Below are positions 9,749 to 16,195 of a DNA stretch of 32,000 bases, piece by piece. The first letter of the stretch is position 1. Each line of letters opens with the position of its first letter. The stretch spans positions 6,560,642 through 6,592,641 of the forward strand of contig NZ_CP074694.1 in NCBI RefSeq assembly GCF_018398935.1, written 5' to 3'. The notes under the pieces are model-generated. The model searched no databases, was not told the origin of the DNA, and was given only the letters and a program-made list of their open reading frames with translations. Source of the DNA: Telmatocola sphagniphila (GTDB lineage Bacteria; Planctomycetota; Planctomycetia; Gemmatales; Gemmataceae). The position numbers were made by a program, and so were the translations under genes.

Positions 9749-11017
9749 TTGGGTATCATACCCAAATTCGGCATGGAGGCCGCAATGTCCAAGAAGCTCC
9801 CCCAACTCCGATTACACCGTCCGTCCGGCCAGTATTACTGGTGGAATGGCCAACTCAAAAGACGAATCCACTGCGGCCTCATCAAGGCCGAAGCGGAGAA
9901 GAAATACCATCGAGACATGGTTCGTTATGCCGAGAGGCTAGTCTCGCCCCAGCCCCTCGAACAATCACTCACTCGCTTGGATGATCCGACCGTCGCCCAG
10001 GCCCTGGCGGCTTACGTGCGACATGCTCAGGGATACTACTCTCACGACAAAAGGACTCAATCCCGGATCAGCCAAGCGACGCAGGCGGTCGTCGAGCTCT
10101 ATGGAGATCTTCCCGCTCGGGAGTTTCGCGCCAAGCATCTCAAAGCAGTTCGCGCTTACCTGGTCGATACGCGTAAAGAACGAAGGGAGCATCTGAAGTC
10201 CCGCAAGCCTCGACCTTTGTCGCGTCGTTATATCAATCACCTGGTCGCGGCCATCCGAGCTGCCTGGCGTTGGCTGGGAGTGGAAGAAATCATTCCCGAT
10301 GAAGCCGCCACGAGCGTGATGCTCGTCAGCGATCTCTCCGAAGGCAGAGGCGGTGTCGAGCGGGGCCGTGTGATGCCCGTTCCTGGTTGGGTCGTCGAAG
10401 CCACGCTGCACTTCTGTAACCCTGTGATCGCCGCCATGATTCGCGTGCAGCTTCTGCTCGGATGTCGGCCTTCGGAAATAGCTCGCCTCAAAAGGGGAGA
10501 TCTCTCGACGTCGGTCACCGAGCTCGTGAAAGTTCCCCGCTCGAATGAGACGATTCGGGCCAGAGTGGTCAACGATCAGCTGATCTGGCTCGGAGTGCCG
10601 GGATCTCACAAAACGATCCGACTCGGCAAATTGAGAGTGCTCGCCTTTGGACCCCAAGCTCAAGAAATCCTAAAACCTTTCCTCGATCGCAATCCGGAGG
10701 AGTATCTGTTCTCGACGATTGAAGGGGGCCAGCGCGGGCCTAGAAAAGGTAAAGGGTTCTACGAGACTTCGACGTACGGCCAGGCGGTAATGCGTGCTGT
10801 CCTGCGGGCCAACGAAGTGAGAGCCAAGGAACAACTGCCACTCATTCCCCACTGGACTCCGAATCAGTTAAGGCACAGTCGCGCTACCGAGATCGTGGAA
10901 AGGTTTGACGAATCCCACGCGACGGCCGCACTCGGCCATTCCTCGCCCAGGATGCTCAGCGTCTACGCCGAACAGGCGATCGGCAAGGCTATCGAGGTCG
11001 CGCGTCTGGCGGGCTAG
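9749..11017 (+). CDS. tyrosine recombinase / phage integrase
   Basis: The C-terminal catalytic region contains ...LLLGCRPSEIARL..., HWTPNQLRHSRATEI and LGHSSPRMLSVYAE (R..H-x-x-R..Y signature). The true start is probably ATG 9773 or 9785 (MSKKLPQL...), not the TTG at 9749. Confidence 0.9.
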   Translation: MGIIPKFGMEAAMSKKLPQLRLHRPSGQYYWWNGQLKRRIHCGLIKAEAEKKYHRDMVRYAERLVSPQPLEQSLTRLDDPTVAQALAAYVRHAQGYYSHDKRTQSRISQATQAVVELYGDLPAREFRAKHLKAVRAYLVDTRKERREHLKSRKPRPLSRRYINHLVAAIRAAWRWLGVEEIIPDEAATSVMLVSDLSEGRGGVERGRVMPVPGWVVEATLHFCNPVIAAMIRVQLLLGCRPSEIARLKRGDLSTSVTELVKVPRSNETIRARVVNDQLIWLGVPGSHKTIRLGKLRVLAFGPQAQEILKPFLDRNPEEYLFSTIEGGQRGPRKGKGFYETSTYGQAVMRAVLRANEVRAKEQLPLIPHWTPNQLRHSRATEIVERFDESHATAALGHSSPRMLSVYAEQAIGKAIEVARLAG

Positions 11018-11071
11018 TTTGTCAATAAAGACGGATATTTTTGATCTGATCTGGACGTTACTTCAAGTGTG

Positions 11072-11497
11072 TCAAACTAAACCATATCGCATTCGGGTGT
11101 ATTCGAACGCCTCGTCGATCCAGTCCTCAAACCCTTCTGGAAGATCTGGGCTGGTCAGCATGATGCAGCCTTTTGATAATTGCGACTCCTGATCCTCTTT
11201 GCTGCGTTCCATCTTCAACCGTTGGAGCGGGCCGTTTGCTGTAATGAAGCGACTATCGGGTCTGACTCGCAGCTCCCATAACAGAGCATCGCCTCTTGGC
11301 TCAAAAATTGAGAGTATGTGCTTTCTGTCTGAGTTGGGATTCTCCCAACCAACTCGGACTTCTTGAATAGTCGAATTTCTGGGAAAATCGACACCGTAAA
11401 GGCCTGCACCATGTCGGCAAAGATGTGGGAGAAGTCGCGAGGCAATAAATATTAATTGCGGATTCCAGTTGGAAAACAAAAAGAAGTTCTCGTTCAC
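11072..11497 (-). CDS. hypothetical protein (integrase-adjacent, opposite strand, lower GC)
   Basis: 141-aa ORF in a lower-GC stretch (about 11.04-11.65 kb) flanked by AT-rich spacers. I recognise no motifs. Confidence 0.5.
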   Translation of the reverse strand: MNENFFLFSNWNPQLIFIASRLLPHLCRHGAGLYGVDFPRNSTIQEVRVGWENPNSDRKHILSIFEPRGDALLWELRVRPDSRFITANGPLQRLKMERSKEDQESQLSKGCIMLTSPDLPEGFEDWIDEAFEYTRMRYGLV

Positions 11498-11658
11498 AGC
11501 AAGTCTCTCTGAAGTGAGTTACCCAACTGACATTTGATTCTATTTGGGGAAGTGCTTTGAAATTGAAATATTGTTCACAACCGAGATAGAGCTCAGGGAA
11601 TTCTACAAATAAACTTTTCCTTAAGGAATTCGGCGGCCAAGGATCGGCCCTTTCTTTA

Positions 11659-11946
11659 TTGATCTACGATCCCTGGTGCCCTGTGCTCAAGCTAACCTCA
11701 CGGCAGAAAAGCGTCCTCGAATTCATCATTCAACACTTCTTGCAATTTCACTCAGTCCCATGCTGCCGGGACATCTGCAGCCAATTCGAATTCCGATCTC
11801 CGAACGCGGCGACGAACTACCTCCGCACGCTCTTCAATAAAGGCTACATTGCGAAACGACCTGTAGAAAAGCCCGGCCGCGGTTACTCCATCCTCCGAAA
11901 TCCGGACGGTTCTCTTTTTCGCATCACCCTTCTCGTAGCGAGCTGA
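11659..11946 (+). CDS. LexA N-terminal DNA-binding-domain-only protein (winged helix)
   Basis: LTSRQKSVLEFIIQHFLQFHSVPCCRDICSQFEFRSPNAATNYLRTLFNKGYI aligns by eye with E. coli LexA [53 protein letters not shown] (FRSPNAA is identical). Only 95 aa: no Ala-Gly cleavage site and no S24 peptidase domain. TTG start. Confidence 0.7.
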   Translation: MIYDPWCPVLKLTSRQKSVLEFIIQHFLQFHSVPCCRDICSQFEFRSPNAATNYLRTLFNKGYIAKRPVEKPGRGYSILRNPDGSLFRITLLVAS

Positions 11947-11958
11947 CAGAAGTCCCAC

Positions 11959-12366
11959 ATGCCTAGTAAAATTTGCGTGCGAGCATGCCTGCTCTGGTGT
12001 GCCCGATGGCTCGTTCGTCGACCTTCGGGAAAGCCGACCGGTCGGATAAGAGTCGAGATCACCGATCTGGCGACTGGTGCGTCCGTGAGAATCTGCGGCG
12101 AAGCGGACAGTCGGATGCCTTCTCCTTGGACGGAAACCATTTCTCCTTTGCCCGGTGGTCACATTGTGGCCGCCTTCAGTGAAGAGGACGAATTGATCCT
12201 CAAAGCGATTCGCGACGCCGGCGTTCTCCCACTGAAGCAGCTGATCATCGCCATGCGGAGCAACATGGGCGCCACGCTCTGCAAGTTTCACGTGAAGAAT
12301 CTCCGCAAGCGAAATGCCGTGCAACTCACGCCCGATGGATATACCATCGCCACCGACGTTCCCTGA
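11959..12366 (+). CDS. hypothetical protein, possible small winged-helix protein (start uncertain)
   Basis: Third-codon-position GC is high in this frame, especially from about 12115 (MPSPWTE...EEDELILKAIRDAGVLPLKQLIIAMRS...). The competing minus-strand ORF 11752-12324 looks like an antisense artefact. Confidence 0.45.
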   Translation: MPSKICVRACLLWCARWLVRRPSGKPTGRIRVEITDLATGASVRICGEADSRMPSPWTETISPLPGGHIVAAFSEEDELILKAIRDAGVLPLKQLIIAMRSNMGATLCKFHVKNLRKRNAVQLTPDGYTIATDVP

Positions 12367-12546
12367 TCATCGACACATCCTTTCAGTCGACCCGAGGTCA
12401 ACTCCGGTCGACTTTTTCGTTTATAGAGCCCTTTTTTCTTGGGCGAATCGAGGTTTCTTCAGGTCGACGCGCCGGGTCAACAACAGGCCGACAACTACCC
12501 CCTTCGGTTGACCCGATTCACCTGCAATCATTTACCTTGTCGCCCG

Positions 12547-12909
12547 ATGGACGAGGAAAGAGAAATGACGCGAGACGAGCAACAAGAGATGACTCGACGC
12601 CTGAAAAGGGAAGGATTGATCCGACCGAATACCGCCGCCCAGTTCGCGGAAGTCGAGCCCGCGGTGATCTGGCGATGGATCGTCAAAGGAGTTCGCGGAG
12701 TAAAGCTCGAAGCCACCCAGGGACCAGGTAACGGCTGGTTCACATCGAAGGAAGCCATCCTCCGATTCTTCGCGGCCCGATCTTCGATCGAGCGCACCCG
12801 ACTCAGCCAGGCGGAATCGCCCACCCGAAAGCAGGCGGCGAAAGGGTTGACGGAATTCCAGGAAGCGATCGCCGGATTGCGAGCCGCAAAAACGAAAGTC
12901 GCCCAATGA
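12547..12909 (+). CDS. small HTH DNA-binding protein (excisionase/AlpA-like guess)
   Basis: From ATG 12547: MDEEREMTRDEQ...NTAAQFAEVEPAVIWRWIVKGVRGVKLEA...WFTSKEAILRFF, an HTH_17/MerR-like pattern. The stop overlaps the next start as ATGA (12906-12909). Confidence 0.45.
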   Translation: MDEEREMTRDEQQEMTRRLKREGLIRPNTAAQFAEVEPAVIWRWIVKGVRGVKLEATQGPGNGWFTSKEAILRFFAARSSIERTRLSQAESPTRKQAAKGLTEFQEAIAGLRAAKTKVAQ

Positions 12910-14212
12910 AAATCGTCGAACGCCTGATCGCATCGATCAAGCCCTATGAGAAGAACCCTCGGATCAACGACGGAGCCATTGAAGCCGTTGCGAAATCGAT
13001 CCAGGAGTTTGGCTTCCAGCAACCGATCGTCGTCGACACCAAGGGCGTGATCATCGTCGGTCACACCCGGTATCGGGCCGCTCTGCAGCTCGGGCTGAAG
13101 AAGATCCCGGTGCACGTCGCCGCCGGATTGACTCCCGCCCAGGTGCGGGCCTACCGGATCACCGACAATCAGACCTCGACGCTTTCTTCCTGGGATGAAG
13201 AGAAGCTGATCGTGGAGCTGATGGCCCTGCAGAAGCTCGACTTCGATCTCGATCTCACCGGCTTCTCCGCTTCACAGCTGGCCGACTTCTTTGCGACCGA
13301 AGCGAAGCCTGGCCTGACCGATCCCGATGACGTGCCCGCTCCGCCCGATGCGGCGAAGACGAAGCCTGGCCAGATCTGGATCCTCGGTAATCACCGGCTG
13401 ATGTGCGGTGACTCCTCCAAGCCTGAGGACCTCGACCAGCTCCTGGCTGGCGAGCCGATCCACCTGGTCCACACCGACCCGCCTTACAACGTGAAGGTTG
13501 AACCGCGAAGCAACAACGCGATCGCGGCGGGGCTGTCGTCTTTCAAAGCGACCCATCACCAGGGCTTCGACGTGAGCCGGAATCCGGGGAAGGCGAAGGG
13601 CACGACGAAGAAACTGCGTGCGAAGGATCGACCACTGGCCAACGACTATGTGAGCGATGAGGCCTTCGATCGACTGCTGCAGGCCTGGTTCGGCAATTTC
13701 TCTCGAGCTCTGCAGCCAGGTCGATGCTTCTACCTCTGGGGCGGGTACGTCAACTGTGCGAATTACCCGGGAGCGATCAAATCGAACGGGCTCTATTTCT
13801 CGCAAGCGATCATCTGGGTTAAGGACCATCCCGTTCTCACCCGGAAAGATTTCATGGGGGATCATGAGTGGTGCTTCTACGGCTGGAAACAGGGGCGGGT
13901 CACAAGTTCTTTGGACCGAATAACGCTCGCGATGTCTGGTCAGTGAAGAAGGTCAGCTCCGCCAAGATGGTACACCTCACCGAGAAACCAGTCGAGCTCG
14001 CGACCCGCTCGATCGAGTACTCGTCGAAGCCCGGCGAGAACGTGCTGGATTTATTCGGAGGGTCCGGATCCACGCTGATCGCGGCCGAGCAGACCGGCCG
14101 GCGGGCGTACCTGATGGAGCTCGACGCGCTCTACTGCGATGTGATCGTCGAGCGGTGGGAGAAGTTTACCGGGAAGAAGGCGAAGCTCAGTCCCGCCAAC
14201 AAGAAGAAATAG
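12906..14212 (+). CDS. ParB-like nuclease domain / DNA methyltransferase fusion (N6A/N4C beta-class), interrupted by a 1-nt frame disruption (possible pseudogene or assembly error)
   Basis: ParB-N motifs (YEKNPRIND...IIVGHTRYRAA). DPPYN catalytic motif at ...LVHTDPPYNV. The AdoMet motif LDLFGGSGSTLIAAE is found only in the second ORF (13868-14212). The frames join as ...CFYGWKQG/AGHKFFGPN... at the G-run 13892-13895. Confidence 0.8.
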
Positions 14213-14227
14213 CGCGACTTAATCGAT

Positions 14228-14245
14228 GTGCAGCCTGTGCTGCAC
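14228..14245. terminator. candidate bidirectional hairpin between convergent genes
   Basis: GTGCAGC-CTGT-GCTGCAC (7-bp stem, 4-nt loop) followed by TTGAGATCTTT. It lies between the methyltransferase stop (14212) and the stop of the minus-strand gene (14273). The U-tract is weak. Confidence 0.35.
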
Positions 14246-14272
14246 TTGAGATCTTTGACAACTCGGTGAGCT

Positions 14273-14944
14273 TTACGAATCGCGGTTACGAATTCCGCAG
14301 TGAGGACAGCGCTTCAAATTTTTTAGTCTGAGGTGACCGCAGTCTTTACAAGACGCTAGTGGTCCCAACGGCCTGGCGGAAGCGTACACCCACCATCCAA
14401 GGGCTGCATTCACATTCACCAGAATGAAGATCCAAAACATCTCAATGCCAAAAAGTCCCCGACTGCGAGCATCTCGAAGTGTAATTCTTAACAATACTAT
14501 TTTCATAAATATCGCTGCCGACAGAAATATGAGCAGCAGTAGACTCTGCGCAATAGAAGCATGCCGATCGAATTTGTTAATGATTTGATTTCGAAGATCG
14601 TGGAAGTTCCAGTAACTGCACCAAAAAATGATTTCTATAACTATATCCGCGATGAGAAATCCAAGTGATGGATCGGCATTTAACAAGTTATTAAATCTGG
14701 AGCCTGTTATTAATTTTGCGTTTTGAACCGCCTCCGCATAATCCTCTTGCTTCGCACCGTGAATATCGGGATCGAAGCTGATCTCGACTGGCTCCTTTTT
14801 GATCGGAGCATATACGATTCCAACGCCATCCACCGCGGGAATAACAAGTTCCGTTCCGCACTTGGGGCATTCAGAAATTCGACCAATCTTGTGATTAGGG
14901 GACTTTAGCGATGCATCGCATTTTGGGCATGTGAATTGAATCAT
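14273..14944 (-). CDS. membrane protein with N- and C-terminal zinc ribbons (co-transcribed with the repressor; exclusion candidate)
   Basis: 223 aa. N-terminal CPKC...CPKC ribbon, three hydrophobic helices (LGFLIADIVIEIIFWCSYW; SLLLLIFLSAAIFMKIVLL; MFWIFILVNVNAALGWWVYA) and a C-terminal CKDC...CPHC ribbon. GC is markedly low. It starts 33 nt downstream of the XRE gene stop on the same strand. Confidence 0.7.
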   Translation of the reverse strand: MIQFTCPKCDASLKSPNHKIGRISECPKCGTELVIPAVDGVGIVYAPIKKEPVEISFDPDIHGAKQEDYAEAVQNAKLITGSRFNNLLNADPSLGFLIADIVIEIIFWCSYWNFHDLRNQIINKFDRHASIAQSLLLLIFLSAAIFMKIVLLRITLRDARSRGLFGIEMFWIFILVNVNAALGWWVYASARPLGPLASCKDCGHLRLKNLKRCPHCGIRNRDS

Positions 14945-14976
14945 GGCTCAGATTTGAGCTTGGGAGCCCAACTCAG

Positions 14977-15306
14977 TCAAGAGGATTTTTCTTCCGAGGA
15001 TGTTCCCTCGTCGTCTTTATTCGGATCCTTTGAGCGTGGACGACCTTTAGCCGGCACACCAGGATCGGTCGTCGGATCGGCGAATAGCAGCTCAACAGGG
15101 ACACCCAGGGCTTCTGCGAGCTTTTTCACTGCGGTCGCCTTGGGCTCTTTTTCGCCCCGCAACCACTCAGAAATACTGGATTGACGGAAGCCCGATCGCC
15201 TGGCGATCTCGGCGCCGCTTACTCCCTTTTCGTGGAAAAGCTCTCGTAGCCGCTGGGCAAATTGCCCGGGGGTCACGGGATCAAAGACTTTCTCAAGAAG
15301 TAACAA
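14977..15306 (-). CDS. XRE/Cro-CI family HTH repressor (putative prophage immunity repressor)
   Basis: QFAQRLRELFHEKGVSGAEIARRSGFRQSSISEWLRGEKEPKATAVKKLAEALGVPVELLF is a classic HTH_3 domain. The gene is divergent from the early operon, with operator-like repeats in the spacer. The start is TTG (15304-15306) or downstream of it. Confidence 0.8.
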   Translation of the reverse strand: MLLLEKVFDPVTPGQFAQRLRELFHEKGVSGAEIARRSGFRQSSISEWLRGEKEPKATAVKKLAEALGVPVELLFADPTTDPGVPAKGRPRSKDPNKDDEGTSSEEKSS

Positions 15307-15325
15307 CTCTAGGCCCCCAAATTAA

Positions 15326-15370
15326 ATATCGCGAACGCGATTTATTTATTGACTATATATCGCGAACGCG
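15326..15370. promoter_or_regulatory. two perfect 14-bp direct repeats ATATCGCGAACGCG (15326-15339 and 15357-15370): candidate operators
   Basis: Exact repeat with a 31-bp period (about three helical turns) in the divergent repressor/early-gene spacer. The second copy fills the spacer of the rightward promoter. The first copy is embedded in the imperfect palindrome TAAATATCGCGAACGCGATTTA. Confidence 0.6.
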
Positions 15371-15377
15371 TTATTAT
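15349..15377 (+). promoter_or_regulatory. sigma70-like rightward early promoter (PR-like)
   Basis: TTGACT (15349-15354), 17-nt spacer, TATTAT (15372-15377). It points toward the early/replication operon. Confidence 0.55.
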
Positions 15378-15572
15378 ACCTCTGTCGAATGAGTTCCGCC
15401 AAGAATTTTCGACAAAGGCCTCGGGAGCCACCCCAATCATAGCACCGCAAACATCGTCGCGGTACGGGATTCGGACCTCTCGATGGCCAATTTGATCTTC
15501 GCGTAACGATTGAGCACGATCCGCCGCCACTCCCGGATTTGCCGATTGTAACACCCGCATTCTTGAACTAGG

Positions 15573-15637
15573 CCGCAGCGGCTTGACCAAACCTGTGAGT
15601 GGGCGACACGGGGGTTGGCTTCCGCTGCGGTCTTTTT
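15573..15637 (+). terminator. terminator-like long hairpin plus T-tract in the early leader
   Basis: CCGCAGCGG (15573-15581) pairs perfectly with CCGCTGCGG (15622-15630). Further imperfect pairing (GACCAAACC / GGGTTGGC) occurs inside. TCTTTTT (15631-15637) follows immediately, 13 nt before the ATG at 15650. Confidence 0.5.
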
Positions 15638-15649
15638 GGACCCACATCC

Positions 15650-15907
15650 ATGAGCCTCACTGCAGCAATCAAACCCCATCGGATGAAACGGACGGAAGTC
15701 TGTTTCCCGGAAAACGCCGAAGACGCCCAACTTCGCTTCCGCGATGGCAGCGGCCTTCTCTGCGTGTCGATCGACGGCGAAGTCGAAGACTTCTGGCTGA
15801 ATCCCAGCGAAGAAGAATCGCTCCTCGAATTTCTGATGGCCCGCAAAATCGCCCGCGAATACGAGCGGCTCGGCGGCTTGGATCGCTTTCAAAAAAGAGC
15901 CCGCTAA
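15650..15907 (+). CDS. hypothetical early protein
   Basis: 85 aa from ATG 15650 (MSLTAAIKPHRMKRTEVCF...). Third-position GC is high in this frame. The track's GTG 15599 extension would place the terminator-like hairpin inside the ORF. Confidence 0.6.
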   Translation: MSLTAAIKPHRMKRTEVCFPENAEDAQLRFRDGSGLLCVSIDGEVEDFWLNPSEEESLLEFLMARKIAREYERLGGLDRFQKRAR

Positions 15908-15929
15908 ACCCACCCTCAAAAGGAACATC

Positions 15930-16154
15930 ATGAGCACGGAATTGGATCAACGCACCGCATTGGTGGTCACGATCAGCATCGAAGAGCCCCTCTGGATCGG
16001 AGCCGATGTCGAGCTCCAGGTAGTCTCCGTCCAGGGAGAAAAGGTCATGGTGCGAGTGGTCGCACCTCCTGAAGTGTCCGTCGATCGAGCCTCGATCCGG
16101 GCGAGGAAACTCGCCGCCCAATCAAGCCCCGCCCTCGGCCGCCGTGGCCGATAG
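15930..16154 (+). CDS. csrA: CsrA-like RNA-binding regulator (phage-encoded)
   Basis: LVVTISIEEPLWIGADVELQVVSVQGEKVMVRVVAPPEVSVDRASI aligns without gaps to E. coli CsrA [46 protein letters not shown], with about 20/46 identical by eye. The APxEVSVxR segment is conserved. The RR of region 1 is replaced by IS. There is a 9-aa N-terminal extension. Confidence 0.7.
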   Translation: MSTELDQRTALVVTISIEEPLWIGADVELQVVSVQGEKVMVRVVAPPEVSVDRASIRARKLAAQSSPALGRRGR

Positions 16155-16195
16155 CACTCTCTTCCCCACATGGAAAACGGAAAAGGAATCGGAAA

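Noticed and set aside
13884-13900. Programmed -1 ribosomal frameshifting as the explanation for the split methyltransferase (and likewise for TerL at 28106-28115).
   Set aside because: Neither site has a canonical X XXY YYZ slippery heptamer or an obvious downstream stimulatory structure. These enzyme families are not known to use recoding. A 1-nt deletion or assembly error is the simpler explanation.
15599-15649. The GTG-initiated N-terminal extension of the first early ORF (track ORF 15599-15907), and the competing minus-strand ORFs 15437-15937 and 15342-15647.
   Set aside because: The extension would translate through the terminator-like hairpin and gives an unconvincing peptide (MGDTGVGFRCGLFGPTS). 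The minus-strand ORFs have poor codon bias and run into the switch region.
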